The notes: generated by a model not told the origin, from the sequence alone. Positions 33,596 to 44,923 are shown, numbered from the stretch's first letter. The stretch: DNA of 64,000 nt from an uncultured Duodenibacillus sp. (GCA_944390145.1 CALXOY010000012.1:55764-119763), one strand, 5' to 3'. Translations and numbers: made by a program.

Positions 33596-34450
33596 CTACG
33601 GGCTGTCCTCGGCCGCAAGCCACACGTCAAGGGCTTCCTTTGTTTCCCGCACGTCGTGCACGCGCACAATCCGCGCGCCCTTTTGCACAGCGATGAGCGC
33701 CGCCGCCGCGCTTGAGACAATGCGGCAGGCGGGATCGGACTCACCCGTCACAGCGCCCAGAAAGGACTTCCTCGAGAGCCCTGCCAGATAGGGATGGCCG
33801 CTGGCGGCAAAGCGCGCGGTGTGCTTTAAAAGGCTCAGGTTGTGCTCCACCGTCTTTCCAAAGCCAAAGCCCGCGTCCCAGCAGATGCTCTCCGGGTCGG
33901 CGCCAAGATCCACCAAAGCCCGTGTTCTGCCGCGCAAATACGCCTCGATTTCGTCCAGAAGGTTGGCGTAGTCGGGCTTCTCCTGCATCGTCTGCGGCGT
34001 GCCCTGCATGTGCATGATCACAAGGCCCGCGCCGCTTGCCGCCGCCGTCTGCGCCGCGCCCGGCCGTTCAAAGGCGCGGATGTCGTTCAAGATGACGGCT
34101 CCCGCCTCAAGGCACGCACGCATCACTTCGGGGCTGCTCGTATCCACCGACACGGCGTGTCCCTTGCGGGCAAGCGCCTCAACGACCGGCACCACACGCC
34201 GCAGCTCAACTTCCAGCGGCACCGCGACTGCGCCCGGGCGCGTCGACTCGCCGCCCACATCCAGAATGTCGGCTCCCTCGCCAATCAACTTTTCGCCCCA
34301 GCGCACGGCCTCTTCCAGGCGATTGTGCGCCCCGCCGTCGGAAAAGGAGTCCGGGGTGACGTTGACAATGCCCATGATGAGTGGGCGCGATAGGTCAAAG
34401 ACGCGGCCGCCGCACTTCCAGCGGCGGGCTTTCGAGAAGTCAGAAGACAT
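33596..34450 (-). CDS. folP: Dihydropteroate synthase
   Basis: MGIVNVTPDSFSDGG, GGESTRPG, LSRKS and VRVHDV; start uncertain between 34450 and 34462. Confidence 0.96.
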   Translation of the reverse strand: MSSDFSKARRWKCGGRVFDLSRPLIMGIVNVTPDSFSDGGAHNRLEEAVRWGEKLIGEGADILDVGGESTRPGAVAVPLEVELRRVVPVVEALARKGHAVSVDTSSPEVMRACLEAGAVILNDIRAFERPGAAQTAAASGAGLVIMHMQGTPQTMQEKPDYANLLDEIEAYLRGRTRALVDLGADPESICWDAGFGFGKTVEHNLSLLKHTARFAASGHPYLAGLSRKSFLGAVTGESDPACRIVSSAAAALIAVQKGARIVRVHDVRETKEALDVWLAAEDSP

Positions 34451-34518
34451 GACCATGCTCATGAAAAAAGGCGGCGGACGAAGCAGGCCCACCGCCTTTG
34501 ATGTTGTTTGAAGTGTTT

Positions 34519-36450
34519 TTACTTCCCGCTGTCGTTGTCGGCGGGAGCGTCGTTTAAAGGCTTCATCTCGGGCTGTTCCTCGCGCGCGGGCTCCTCCTTG
34601 CGCGGTTCAGGCTTGGCAGAGCCTGTCACCGGCGCCTTGGGCGGACGCGGATCCCTGCCTGCGAGGATGTCGTCGATCTGATCGCCGTCGATCGTCTCCC
34701 ACTCGAGCAGCGCCTTGGCCATCTTGTGCATTTCCGCCTGGTGCTCCTCGATGAGCTTGCGGGCGCGGTTGTACTGCTCGTCGAGAATGCGGCGGATCTC
34801 GGCGTCGACCGCCTGCATCGTCTGCTCGGAAATGTGCGTGGTCTTTGTGACCGACCGGCCGAGGAACACCTCGCCCTCGTTTTCGGCGTAGACCATCACA
34901 CCCATCTTCTCGCTCATGCCGTAGCGCATCACCATGTCGCGGGCAAGCTGCGAGGCGCGTTCAAAGTCGTTGCTCGCCCCCGTGGTCATCTGGTGCATGA
35001 ACACCTCTTCGGCAATGCGGCCGCCAAAGAGAATCGCAATGCGGGTGAGCAGGTACTCCTTGTCATAGGAGTAGCGGTCCTCCTCGGGCAGCTGCATGGT
35101 GACGCCAAGCGCCCTGCCGCGCGGGATGATCGTCACTTTGTGCACGGGGTCGGACTTGGGCAGCAGCTTTGCGACCAGCGCGTGGCCGGACTCGTGGTAG
35201 GCCGTGTTGCGGCGCTCATCCTCGGTCATCACCATCGAGCGGCGCTCCGCGCCCATCATGATTTTGTCCTTGGCCAGCTCAAAGTCGTTCATTTCCACCA
35301 CACGTCCGTTGCGGCGCGCAGCAAAAAGCGCGGCTTCATTCACCAGATTAGCAAGGTCGGCACCTGAGAAGCCCGGCGTGCCGCGGGCGATCACATCAGG
35401 CTGCACATCAGGCCCCACGGGAACCTTCTTCATGTGCACTTTGAGAATCTGTTCACGGCCGCGAATATCAGGCAGCGGCACCACCACCTGGCGGTCAAAG
35501 CGGCCCGGGCGCATCAGAGCCGGGTCAAGCACGTCGGGGCGGTTGGTAGCTGCAATCACAATCACATTGGTGCCGGTCTCAAAGCCGTCCATTTCCACGA
35601 GCATCTGATTCAAGGTCTGCTCGCGTTCGTCGTTGCCGCCACCCAAGCCTGCACCGCGCTGACGACCCACGGCGTCGATTTCGTCAATGAAAATGATGCA
35701 GGGGGCATTTTTCTTGGCGTTTTCAAACATGTCGCGCACGCGCGCTGCACCCACGCCCACAAACATTTCCACAAAGTCGGAACCGGAAATCGAGAAAAAC
35801 GGCACGCCAGCTTCGCCCGCAATGGCTTTGGCAAGCAGCGTCTTGCCGGTGCCCGGAGACCCGACAAGCAGAATGCCGCGGGGGATGTGTCCGCCCAGGC
35901 GCTGAAAGCGCGAGGGGTCGCGCAGAAACTCCACCACCTCCTGCACGTCTTCCTTGGCTTCGTCGCAGCCCGCGACGTCGGAAAAGCGCACCTTGTTGGC
36001 CGAGTCGTCAAGCATGCGGGCCTTGCTCTTGCCAAAGGAGAACGCCCCGGAGCGGCCGCCCTGCATCTGGCGCATGAAGAACACCCACACGCCGATCAAC
36101 AGCAGCATCGGGAACCAGCTCACCAGAATCGTCTGCAGGAAGCTCGGCTCCTCCTCGGGCTTGCCGAACACCTGCACACCGTTCTTGCGCAAATCGTCGA
36201 CCATCCACAGGTCGCCTGGGCTCGTGATCACGTAGGCCTGGCCGTCGACCGGCGTCACCGTGATCTTGCGGCCCTGCACATCCACGCGGCGGATCTTGCC
36301 GTCCTTGGCGTCCTGCATGAACTGCGTGTAGCTGGTCTGTTCGGCCGGGACAGCGGTGGCCTCCGTGTTGTCAAACTGCCGGAAGACCGTAAAGAGAACA
36401 AAAGCAATCAGCAACCAGACCGCAACGCGGCCGATCATTCTGTTGTCCAA
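34519..36450 (-). CDS. ftsH: ATP-dependent zinc metalloprotease FtsH
   Basis: Two TMs, GSPGTGKT Walker A, IFIDEID, RPGRFDR, HESGH Zn motif. Confidence 0.99.
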   Translation of the reverse strand: MDNRMIGRVAVWLLIAFVLFTVFRQFDNTEATAVPAEQTSYTQFMQDAKDGKIRRVDVQGRKITVTPVDGQAYVITSPGDLWMVDDLRKNGVQVFGKPEEEPSFLQTILVSWFPMLLLIGVWVFFMRQMQGGRSGAFSFGKSKARMLDDSANKVRFSDVAGCDEAKEDVQEVVEFLRDPSRFQRLGGHIPRGILLVGSPGTGKTLLAKAIAGEAGVPFFSISGSDFVEMFVGVGAARVRDMFENAKKNAPCIIFIDEIDAVGRQRGAGLGGGNDEREQTLNQMLVEMDGFETGTNVIVIAATNRPDVLDPALMRPGRFDRQVVVPLPDIRGREQILKVHMKKVPVGPDVQPDVIARGTPGFSGADLANLVNEAALFAARRNGRVVEMNDFELAKDKIMMGAERRSMVMTEDERRNTAYHESGHALVAKLLPKSDPVHKVTIIPRGRALGVTMQLPEEDRYSYDKEYLLTRIAILFGGRIAEEVFMHQMTTGASNDFERASQLARDMVMRYGMSEKMGVMVYAENEGEVFLGRSVTKTTHISEQTMQAVDAEIRRILDEQYNRARKLIEEHQAEMHKMAKALLEWETIDGDQIDDILAGRDPRPPKAPVTGSAKPEPRKEEPAREEQPEMKPLNDAPADNDSGK

Positions 36451-36650
36451 GATAACCCTCAGTTGATGTCGGAAGCGGTCTGAAGGATGCCGGCTTCCGG
36501 TCTCGAATACATGAAATGAATTGACGCGCGCCCGTGAGACTTTCAGCGGGCGCTCTAGAGCATGCTAAGCCTAATGCAAAAGCGCGCGGCCTGCCGTGCA
36601 AAGAGCCTTTATTTCGCGCCGAATTGGTTAACAAAGTTTGCTTTGGCGCC

Positions 36651-37301
36651 TTATTTGGCCTTCAGGCGCCTTGCCACCACATACATTTCCGCGCTCGAGC
36701 TGCGGCTTGCCTCGGGCTTTCGCTGCGCAACGCTCACAAAAGAGCGCTTGCATTTTTCAATGAACTGCGAGTAGCCCGAGCCCTGAAACGCCTTGGTGAC
36801 GAAAACGCCCTCGGGTTTTAAGTGCTCCACGGCGAAGTCAAGCGCAAGCTCGTTTAAAAGCAGGCTCGCGTTGGCGTCGACCATGGCAATTCCGGAGAGG
36901 TTCGGCGCCATGTCGCTGATCACCACGTCGAGTTTGTCGCCGGCAAGAATCTCGTCGAGTTTGTCAGCGACCTCCTGCTCGCGAAAGTCCCCCTGCAGGA
37001 ACGTCACCCCGTCGATGGGATCCATCGGCAGGATGTCCATGGCGATGATGCGGCCCTTGAGCTCGCCGTCTTTGTCCGTGAGGCGCTCGCGCACGATCTG
37101 CGTCCAGCTGCCCGGGGCGCTGCCGAGATCGGCCACATTCATGCCGGGCCGAAAGAGATGTTCGGTGTCGTCAAGTTCGGTAAGCTTGTAGACGGAACGG
37201 GCGCGGTACCCCTCACGGCGGCTTTTTTTGACAAACGGATCATTGATGTGGCGTTCGATCCAGGCGCGGTTGGAGCGTAATTTCTTTTGAGATTTGGGCA
37301 T
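36651..37301 (-). CDS. rlmE: 23S rRNA Um2552 methyltransferase RlmE (FtsJ)
   Basis: GYRARSVYKL, DLGSAPGSW, SDMAPNLSG and SSAEMY motifs. Confidence 0.96.
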   Translation of the reverse strand: MPKSQKKLRSNRAWIERHINDPFVKKSRREGYRARSVYKLTELDDTEHLFRPGMNVADLGSAPGSWTQIVRERLTDKDGELKGRIIAMDILPMDPIDGVTFLQGDFREQEVADKLDEILAGDKLDVVISDMAPNLSGIAMVDANASLLLNELALDFAVEHLKPEGVFVTKAFQGSGYSQFIEKCKRSFVSVAQRKPEASRSSSAEMYVVARRLKAK

Positions 37302-37365
37302 GAAAACTTAAAATTGCGCCTCGCACTTTTTTGACGAACAAACTTAAAACAAGACGCAGACAACA

Positions 37366-37842
37366 ATGACAGAGCTAATTTTAGAGCGTAACGAAAGACT
37401 GCGCCTGCGCGCGCAGGCCCATCACCTGAGCCCGGTCGTCATGATCGGCGAAAAGGGCATGACGCCCGCCGTGATGAAGGAAATCGCCCGCGCGCTTGAC
37501 GACCACGGCCTCATCAAGGTGCATGTCGCGGGCGACGACCGCGAGGAGCGCACCGCCATCTACCAGAGCGTGGCCGACGACCTTTCGGCCGCACGCATCC
37601 AGATGATCGGCAAGATGCTCGTCTTCTACCGCGAGCCGCTGCAAAAGGAGGAAAAGGAGGAAGCCCTGGGGGCGTCCGCTCTCAGAGCGCGCGCTGAACT
37701 AGGCGCGCGCGGCATCAAAAAGGCGCCCGCGCCAAAGAAAAAGGCCGCAAGCGGCAAGCCCGCCAGCGCCAAGGACGCCAAGCGCAAGAGCAGGGCGCGT
37801 CTGGCGGCAAAGCGCAAGACGAAGAAGTCGCAGCTCTCTTAA
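37366..37842 (+). CDS. yhbY: YhbY (CRM domain) RNA-binding protein with basic C-terminal extension
   Basis: LRAQAHHLSPVVMIG..G, HGLIKV and QMIGKMLVFYR; divergent from rlmE. Confidence 0.9.
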   Translation: MTELILERNERLRLRAQAHHLSPVVMIGEKGMTPAVMKEIARALDDHGLIKVHVAGDDREERTAIYQSVADDLSAARIQMIGKMLVFYREPLQKEEKEEALGASALRARAELGARGIKKAPAPKKKAASGKPASAKDAKRKSRARLAAKRKTKKSQLS

Positions 37843-37974
37843 TACAAATTTAAGAATCTCCGCATCCCGGCTGTAAAAGACGCCTTTTCCCGGCGTCTGA
37901 CGTCCGGGATTTTTTCATGCCTTTTTCCCGCGTCCCGACAAGGACCTTCCCGCCCGCGCGCCTTCGAGCGCTTG

Positions 37975-37987
37975 TAAGTGCTTGATT
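37975..37987 (-). promoter_or_regulatory. Putative IHF binding site
   Basis: Minus strand AATCAA-GCAC-TTA matches WATCAANNNNTTR. Confidence 0.4.
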
Positions 37988-38017
37988 TTTGAGCGAAAAC
38001 AAAGCACCGGCAGATTT

Positions 38018-38057
38018 ATGACAACTTTGTCATTTTTGTCATCAAACTGTCATAAAT
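38018..38057 (+). promoter_or_regulatory. Pho box (PhoB site)
   Basis: TTGTCAT-CAAA-CTGTCAT-AAAT direct repeat with 11-bp period (38036-38057), plus extra TTGTCAT/ATGACAA half-sites, upstream of a phosphate transporter. Confidence 0.8.
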
Positions 38058-38090
38058 CTTTGCAACACTGCCCCGAGAGTTGTTAATCAA

Positions 38091-38101
38091 CCCCCCCCCC
38101 C
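38091..38101 (+). repeat. Poly-C homopolymer (11 C)
   Basis: C11 run 15 nt upstream of the transporter ATG. Confidence 0.9.
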
Positions 38102-38115
38102 GTGCTCAATCAAAA

Positions 38116-40446
38116 ATGTCTGACTTTTACCTGGTCGTCCTCGGCTTTTTAGCCGTGCTGGCGTGCTTTGACTTGTTCGTCGGCGTCAGCAACGACGCTG
38201 TCAATTTTCTCAATTCGGCCCTGGGCTGCCGCATCGCGCGATTTCGCACCACGATGTGGGTTGCAAGCCTCGGCGTGCTGCTCGGCGCCACCTTCTCCTC
38301 GGGCATGATGGAGGTCGCCCGCTCCGGCGTCTTTCATCCGCAGATGTTCACCTTCAACGAGATCATGATCATCTTTTTTGCGGTCATGGTTTCCGATGTG
38401 CTGCTGCTCGACGCCTTCAACTCCCTGGGGTTGCCCACCTCCACCACCGTTTCGATCATCTTCGAGCTTTTGGGCAGCGCGCTCGCAGCAGCCCTCTACA
38501 AGATCTACATCACCGACGGCAACTTTGTGTCGGTGGTCGACTACATCAACACCGCCAAGGCGCTCACCATCATCTCGGGCATTCTCATCTCGGTGGGCGT
38601 TGCCTTTGTTTCGGGCACGGTGGTGCAGTACCTGATGCGCCTGCTTTTCACCTTTCACTTTGAGGCGATGTACAAGCGCATCGGCGGCATCTTCGGCGGC
38701 TTCTGCCTCACCGCGATCTTCTACTTTCTCGTGATGAAGGGCGCCAAGGGGTCGAGCTTCATGCAGCCCGAGTGGATCGCCTGGATCGACGCCAACACGA
38801 CGGTGATCCTTGCCACGCTTTTTGTCGTGCTTTCGGTCGTCTTCTCCATCCTGCTGTGGACGATTCAGTTCAACATCTTCCGCATCGTCATTTTGAGCGG
38901 CACCTTCTCGCTTGCCTTTGCCTTTGCCGGCAACGACCTGGTGAACTTCGTGGGTGCGCCGCTAGCCGCCCTTGACGCTGCACTTGACTTCATGGCCAAC
39001 GGCACCGACGGCGACACGTACATGATGACGAGCCTTGCCGAGAAGGGAAACCGCGCCTCCACCATCTTCCTGCTGCTGTCGGGCCTCGTGATGGTGCTCA
39101 CGCTGTGGTTTTCCAAGAAGGCGCACCGCGTGGTGCAGACTTCGATCAATCTTTCCTCAAGCCAGCAGGGCGAGCACGAACAGTTCGGCAGCTCCCTGCC
39201 CGGCCGCATGATCGTGCGCAGCTCCATGACGCTCGGCTCGATCGTGCGCCAGATTCTGCCGGTGCGCCTGCAGGGTGCGCTGCACTCGCGCTTTAAGCCC
39301 CGCAAGCTCGAGCGCGGCGAACAGCCCCTTCCCTTTGACTACGTGCGCGCCTCCGTCAATCTGGTGATCAGCTCGATTCTGATTGCCTCGGCCACCAGCC
39401 TGCAGCTGCCGCTGTCGACCACCTACGTCACCTTCATGGTGGCCATGGGCTCGAGCTTTGCCGACGGCGCCTGGGACCGTGAAACCGCGGTCTACCGCAT
39501 CTCGGGCGTGCTCACTGTGATCAGCGGGTGGTTCCTCACGGCCTTCACCGCCTGCACGGCCGCGGCCATCGTCTGCCTGATGGTGATGATGGGCGGCAAC
39601 TACATGATGATTGCGCTCATGCTCTTTGTGCTCACGCTGCTCGTGCGTTCAAATTTCATCAAAAAGGGCGGCGATGAAGAGGAGGCGCGCCTGCTGCAGC
39701 ACGACGACTGCTACTCCGTGCGCGACGCGATCAACGACACCGTGGGTCCGCACCTGCAGCACACGGTGGAGCTCTATGAAGCCACCGTCAAGGCGTTTTT
39801 AAGCGACAACGAATCGGCGCTGCGCAAGATCAAGAGCGAGTCGACCGACTTCTTTGATCTCCTAAGCCGCGAGCGCAGCATCTACTACGACATGGCGCAG
39901 CAGCGCAAGTCCGACACCAAGCTCGACCGCGACGCGCGCTACTGCTACTACCGCGCCTACACTGGCATGCGCGAAGTGGGCAGCAACCTGCAAAAGCTCA
40001 CGACGATGGTCAAAGACCACATCGCCAACCGCCACCGCATCTACAAGGGCGAACTCAAGCGCAATCTGCTTTCACTTGCCGCCGACCTGCAAAAGCTCGG
40101 GCGCGCGGTGAAGGGACGCCACGCACTTGAAGTGGTCAAGCTCAACGGCAACGACATCATCGCCTCGATCGACCGGATGCAGGAAAACCTCCTCTCCTCG
40201 ATTGCCACCGAAAACATCTCGATGCGCGGCTGCGAGCTTTACCTCAACTTCCTGCAGTTTGCCCGTGAGCTTGTCAACCGCTACAGCATCGTTGCGGTGC
40301 TGCAGCGCGAGTTAAACGACCTGTGCGACCGCAATCCGCCGCCAAAGGAGGAGGCTTCCAGCAAACCGCCGGCCGAAAGCGGTCCGGGCACGACGCAGAT
40401 CATCCTCAAGGCCCTGCACGTGCCGGGATTCACCGGTAAATCGTAA
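38116..40446 (+). CDS. Inorganic phosphate transporter (PiT family) with C-terminal helical PhoU-like domain
   Basis: GVSNDAVNF, LPTSTT, AGNDLVNF and LPLSTT PiT signature repeats; soluble helical C-terminus; Pho box upstream. Confidence 0.85.
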   Translation: MSDFYLVVLGFLAVLACFDLFVGVSNDAVNFLNSALGCRIARFRTTMWVASLGVLLGATFSSGMMEVARSGVFHPQMFTFNEIMIIFFAVMVSDVLLLDAFNSLGLPTSTTVSIIFELLGSALAAALYKIYITDGNFVSVVDYINTAKALTIISGILISVGVAFVSGTVVQYLMRLLFTFHFEAMYKRIGGIFGGFCLTAIFYFLVMKGAKGSSFMQPEWIAWIDANTTVILATLFVVLSVVFSILLWTIQFNIFRIVILSGTFSLAFAFAGNDLVNFVGAPLAALDAALDFMANGTDGDTYMMTSLAEKGNRASTIFLLLSGLVMVLTLWFSKKAHRVVQTSINLSSSQQGEHEQFGSSLPGRMIVRSSMTLGSIVRQILPVRLQGALHSRFKPRKLERGEQPLPFDYVRASVNLVISSILIASATSLQLPLSTTYVTFMVAMGSSFADGAWDRETAVYRISGVLTVISGWFLTAFTACTAAAIVCLMVMMGGNYMMIALMLFVLTLLVRSNFIKKGGDEEEARLLQHDDCYSVRDAINDTVGPHLQHTVELYEATVKAFLSDNESALRKIKSESTDFFDLLSRERSIYYDMAQQRKSDTKLDRDARYCYYRAYTGMREVGSNLQKLTTMVKDHIANRHRIYKGELKRNLLSLAADLQKLGRAVKGRHALEVVKLNGNDIIASIDRMQENLLSSIATENISMRGCELYLNFLQFARELVNRYSIVAVLQRELNDLCDRNPPPKEEASSKPPAESGPGTTQIILKALHVPGFTGKS

Positions 40447-40532
40447 GGCCTTTGGTTCCTGTCACAGCGCTTCGTACAATTGCCGTGCGAAGCGCTTTTT
40501 TCTGGCGCTCTTTTTCGTAGGAGACCGACTGC

Positions 40533-41198
40533 ATGCGGGGACTCGTGTTGTTTGATCTGGACGGAACGCTGGTGGACAGCGCGCCGGGCCTTGCGCACTC
40601 AGCCAATGTGCTGCGCGAACGCCGGCTTTTAGCCAGGCTTCCCTATGAGGCGCTGCGCGAACACTGCGGCAGGGGCGCAGCGGGCCTTATCTGGGCGGCG
40701 CTGCGGCTCACCCCCGCAGCCCCCTGCTTTGAAGACGTGCGGCGGGAGTTCCTTGAAAACTACGCAACGGTCATGACCGGGATGAGCACCCCCTTTGCGG
40801 GCGTGCAGGAAATGCTCGCCGATCTCGCCCGCGCAGGATTTGCCTGGGGCGTGGTCACCAACAAGGCAATTGAACTTGCCCGTCCGCTTTGCGAAGCCAA
40901 GGGGCTTGCAGCCGGCGCCGCCTGCATTCTTTCGGCGCAAACGTTCGGCGCCCCCAAGCCCGCGCCCGACGCGCTGCTGCATGCCATGACGGAGCTTGGA
41001 TACAGCAGCAGGGAAACGCTTTATGTCGGTGACGACGCCCGCGACGCCCTGGCGGCGAGAAACGCGGGGCTGCCCTTTATCGCCGCAAGCTGGGGCTACA
41101 CCGCAAGCGGAGCGCAAATCAAAGACTGGGGAGCAAACGCCTGTGCCGGGAGTCCGGCGGACATCTGCCGGCTCGCAAGAACGCTTCTGGCAGGCTGA
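40533..41198 (+). CDS. gph: HAD-IA phosphatase (phosphoglycolate phosphatase-like)
   Basis: FDLDGTLVDS, VVTNK, KPAP and YVGDDARD motifs. Confidence 0.8.
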   Translation: MRGLVLFDLDGTLVDSAPGLAHSANVLRERRLLARLPYEALREHCGRGAAGLIWAALRLTPAAPCFEDVRREFLENYATVMTGMSTPFAGVQEMLADLARAGFAWGVVTNKAIELARPLCEAKGLAAGAACILSAQTFGAPKPAPDALLHAMTELGYSSRETLYVGDDARDALAARNAGLPFIAASWGYTASGAQIKDWGANACAGSPADICRLARTLLAG

Positions 41199-41199
41199 C

Positions 41200-43236
41200 T
41201 CAGCCTTCTTCGGAGCCTCTGCCGTCGGCGCCGAAGGCAAGGCGCTTGAGCGCTTCGAGTCTGTCGCGCAGCACCGCGGCCTGCTCGAAATCGAGGTCGC
41301 GGGCGCACGCAAGCATCTTCTTTTCGGTGTCCTTGATTTCCTTTAAGAGGCTCTTTTCGTCCTTGATCTCGAGCCCCTTCAAGGCATCCTTGCCGCGCTC
41401 GGTTGCGTCCGGCCGGTAGACGCCGTCGATGATTTCACGCACCTCCTTCACAATGCTTCTCGGCGTAATGCCGTGCTCCTTGTTGAAGGACTGCTGCTTC
41501 TCACGGCGCCGTTCGGTCTCGTCGATGGCCTCCCGCATCGAATCGGTGATTTTGTCGGCGTAAAGAATCGCCTTGCCCTTGACGTTGCGCGCCGCGCGCC
41601 CGATCGTCTGAATGAGCGAACGGGTCGAACGCAGAAAGCCCTCCTTGTCGGCGTCCAGGATCGCCACGAGCGACACTTCGGGAATGTCGAGCCCCTCGCG
41701 CAGCAGGTTGATGCCCACAAGCACGTCGAAAACGCCCGCACGCAGGTCCCGGATGATTTCCACGCGCTCGACGGTGTCAATGTCCGAGTGCAGATACCGC
41801 ACGCGCACATTGTGTTCACGCAAAAACTCGGTGAGCTCCTCGGCCATGCGCTTGGTGAGCGTCGTGATCAGGACGCGCTCGCCCGCCGCAGCCCGGTCGT
41901 TTACTTCCGAGAGCACGTCGTCGATCTGCGTGGTGGCAGGCCGCACCTCCACCTGCGGATCCACCAGACCCGTGGGACGCACCACCTGCTCGACCACCTG
42001 CGCGCTTTTTTCGAGCTCGTAGTCGGCCGGCGTTGCCGACACAAAGACCGAGCGGCGCATCTTGCGCTCAAATTCGTCAAAGCGCAGCGGCCGGTTGTCC
42101 AGGGCCGAGGGAAGCCTGAAGCCGTACTGCACCAGCGTTTCCTTGCGCGAGCGGTCGCCGCGGTACATGCCGCCGAGCTGGCCCATCATCACGTGGCTTT
42201 CATCAAAAAACATGATGCTGTCGGCAGGCAGATAGTCAATCAAGCACGGCGGCGCCTCGCCCGGCGCAAGTCCCGTCAAGTGACGCGAGTAGTTTTCAAT
42301 GCCCTTGCAAAAGCCCACCTGATCGAGCATTTCCAGGTCAAAGAGCGTTCGCTGCTGCAGGCGCTGCGCCTCCACGAGCTTGTTGTCCTTGTAGAGCTCT
42401 TCAAGCCGCTCGGAAAGTTCGGCCTTGATGCTTGTGATCGCACGCAGTATCTCCTCGCGCGGGGTCACATAGTGGCTTGCCGGGTACACCACAAAGCGCG
42501 GCACCTTCTGGCGCACCTTGCCCGAGAGCGGATCGAAAAGCACCACGGCTTCGACCTCGTCGTCAAAAAGCTCCACGCGCACGGCCACTTCGGCGTGTTC
42601 GGCCGGGAAGATGTCGATCGTGTCCCCCCGCACCCGAAACGTGCCGCGCAAGAACTCCATGTCGTTGCGCTTGTACTGCATCTTCACGAGCTGCGCGATC
42701 AGATCCTTGCGCTCCTTGATGTCGCCCGTACGCAGAATAAGGCGCATCTGCGTGTAGCTCTCGGGCTTGCCGATGCCGTAAATGGCCGAAACCGTCGCCA
42801 CGATGATGGTGTCGCGCCGCTCGAGAATGGACTTGGTGGCCGCAAGACGCATCTGCTCGATGTGTTCGTTCACAGCCGAATCCTTTTCAATGAAAAGGTC
42901 GCGCGCCGGCACATAGGCTTCCGGCTGGTAGTAGTCGTAGTAGGAGACGAAGTACTCGACGGCGTTGTTCGGAAAGAACTCGCGCATTTCGCTGTAGAGC
43001 TGCGCGGCCAGGGTCTTGTTGGGCGCCATCACGATTGCGGGCACCCCCACGCGGGCGATGACGTTTGCCATCGTAAAAGTCTTGCCCGAACCCGTGACGC
43101 CCAGAAGCGTCTGGGCGGCAAAGCCCTGCTCGAGCCCCTCGGTGAGCTTGGCAATGGCCTCGGGCTGGTCTCCTGCAGGCGCATAGTCGGCATGCAGCTC
43201 AAAGGGGGAGTGCGGAAAGGTGAGGATCTGCGTCAC
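41200..43236 (-). CDS. uvrB: Excinuclease ABC subunit B
   Basis: [32 protein letters not shown] and C-terminal UVR domain. Confidence 0.99.
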   Translation of the reverse strand: MTQILTFPHSPFELHADYAPAGDQPEAIAKLTEGLEQGFAAQTLLGVTGSGKTFTMANVIARVGVPAIVMAPNKTLAAQLYSEMREFFPNNAVEYFVSYYDYYQPEAYVPARDLFIEKDSAVNEHIEQMRLAATKSILERRDTIIVATVSAIYGIGKPESYTQMRLILRTGDIKERKDLIAQLVKMQYKRNDMEFLRGTFRVRGDTIDIFPAEHAEVAVRVELFDDEVEAVVLFDPLSGKVRQKVPRFVVYPASHYVTPREEILRAITSIKAELSERLEELYKDNKLVEAQRLQQRTLFDLEMLDQVGFCKGIENYSRHLTGLAPGEAPPCLIDYLPADSIMFFDESHVMMGQLGGMYRGDRSRKETLVQYGFRLPSALDNRPLRFDEFERKMRRSVFVSATPADYELEKSAQVVEQVVRPTGLVDPQVEVRPATTQIDDVLSEVNDRAAAGERVLITTLTKRMAEELTEFLREHNVRVRYLHSDIDTVERVEIIRDLRAGVFDVLVGINLLREGLDIPEVSLVAILDADKEGFLRSTRSLIQTIGRAARNVKGKAILYADKITDSMREAIDETERRREKQQSFNKEHGITPRSIVKEVREIIDGVYRPDATERGKDALKGLEIKDEKSLLKEIKDTEKKMLACARDLDFEQAAVLRDRLEALKRLAFGADGRGSEEG

Positions 43237-43419
43237 AAAAAGTTTCTCATGCTAAAGACCGGGCGCCTCTTGCGGCACGGCAAATTTCGTACCCGCCGCC
43301 GGTCTGCCTTCATTTCGAAGGTCTAATATTAGTTGCTGTCGCAGGCTCCGGTGCGTGTCGTGCACCGGACTGCTTCACCCATACACAAATCTCACAACAA
43401 CGATTACACAGGGATGCAT

Positions 43420-44622
43420 ATGTCTGATGCTTTGTTCAGCAGCCTCACCGCTGCTCCTGCTGATCCCATCCTGGGCGTGACGCAGCGCTTCCGCCAGGAT
43501 CCCCGCCCCCAAAAAGTCAACCTCGGTGTTGGCGTCTACATGACCGAGGAGGGCGTTACCCCCGTTCTTGACGTCGTCAAGGAAGCCGAAACGGCCCTTG
43601 CCGAAGCCTGCATTCCGCACAGCTACCTGCCCATCAGCGGCCTTGAAGGCTACGGCCTGCACGTGCAGCAGCTCGTGTTCGGCGCCGACAGCGAGATCGT
43701 GCGCAGCGGCCGCGCCGCCACCGTCCAGACGCTCGGTGGCACGGGCGCCCTGAAGGTCGGCATGGACTTCATGTACCACGTCTGCGGTGCACGCGTCGGC
43801 GCAACGTCGCTGCCGACCTGGGGCAACCACAACGCCATCCTCAAGATGGCGGGCTACGATGTCCGTCACTACAGCTATTACGAGGCTTCGACCAACAGCG
43901 TCAACTTCGACGCCATGCTCGCCGACCTCAAGGCGCTGCCGCCTGCAACGCTTGTTGTGCTGCACTCCTGCTGCCACAACCCGACGGGCTACGATCTTTC
44001 GCTGGATCAGTGGAAGGAAGTGATTGAGGTCTGCCGCGCCGGCCGCCTCACCCCGTTCCTCGACATGGCCTATCAGGGCTTCTGCCGCGGTCTGGAAGAG
44101 GATGCCGCCTCGATCCGCCTCTTTGCCGCTTCCGGCCTGAGCTTTCTGGTCGCTACCTCTTTCTCGAAGTCCTTCAACCTCTACAACGAACGCATCGGTG
44201 CGCTCACCGTCGTCTGCCAGAGCAAGGCCGAGGCCGACATCGTGATGAGCCAGCTCAAGGCCGTCATCCGCTGCAACTACTCCAACCCGCCCGCCCACGG
44301 CGCCTACATCGTCGAGCGCGTGCTCTCGGATCCGGAGAAGACCGAACACTGGCACGAAGAGCTCGCCGGCATGCGCAACCGCATCCTCTCGATGCGCAAG
44401 GCGCTCGCCGACGCCATGGCCGCCCTCGGCGCCAAGCGCGACTTCAGCTTTGTCACGCGCCAGGCCGGCATGTTCTCCTTCACGGGCCTTACGCCCGAGC
44501 AGGTTGACCGCCTTGCCGAAGAGTTTGGCGTCTATTGCGTGCGCAACGGGCGCATCTGCATCTGCGGCTTGAACACCCGCAACGTGCAGTACGTGGCCGA
44601 GTCGATCGCGAAGGTTCTCTAA
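43420..44622 (+). CDS. tyrB: Aromatic/aspartate aminotransferase (TyrB/AspC family)
   Basis: DPILG, NLGVGVY, CHNPTG, DMAYQGF and SFSKSFNLYNERIG PLP motif. Confidence 0.88.
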   Translation: MSDALFSSLTAAPADPILGVTQRFRQDPRPQKVNLGVGVYMTEEGVTPVLDVVKEAETALAEACIPHSYLPISGLEGYGLHVQQLVFGADSEIVRSGRAATVQTLGGTGALKVGMDFMYHVCGARVGATSLPTWGNHNAILKMAGYDVRHYSYYEASTNSVNFDAMLADLKALPPATLVVLHSCCHNPTGYDLSLDQWKEVIEVCRAGRLTPFLDMAYQGFCRGLEEDAASIRLFAASGLSFLVATSFSKSFNLYNERIGALTVVCQSKAEADIVMSQLKAVIRCNYSNPPAHGAYIVERVLSDPEKTEHWHEELAGMRNRILSMRKALADAMAALGAKRDFSFVTRQAGMFSFTGLTPEQVDRLAEEFGVYCVRNGRICICGLNTRNVQYVAESIAKVL

Positions 44623-44649
44623 AACCTCGCCGGCTCCCGTCCGACATCC

Positions 44650-44687
44650 AAGCCGCGGCCTCCTTCAAACGGGCCGCGGCTTTCTTT
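44650..44687 (+). terminator. Intrinsic terminator
   Basis: AAGCCGCGGCC...GGCCGCGGCTT-TCTTT. Confidence 0.75.
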
Positions 44688-44805
44688 ATGCGCAGCTAGT
44701 TTAAATTTCGATTGAAAGTCCTTTCATTTCAAAGGGTTACATTCCATTTTCAATCAGTCTGCGGGCCGAACACAGCATTTTTTCCGATTTTTTTCTCTCA
44801 AGGAC

Positions 44806-44834
44806 TTGCCAAAGCGCCAAAAGACCTATATAGT
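44806..44834 (+). promoter_or_regulatory. Sigma-70 promoter of tRNA-Asn
   Basis: TTGCCA-N17-TATAGT. Confidence 0.65.
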
Positions 44835-44847
44835 TCCGGTTCTGCAT

Positions 44848-44923
44848 TCCCCGATAGCTCAGTCGGTAGAGCAACGGACTGTTAATCCGTGGGTCGTTGG
44901 TTCGAGCCCAACTCGGGGAGCCA
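44848..44923 (+). tRNA. tRNA-Asn(GTT)
   Basis: 76-nt cloverleaf TCCCCGA...TCGGGGA-G-CCA, anticodon loop CTGTTAA, TTCGAG T-loop. Confidence 0.97.
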
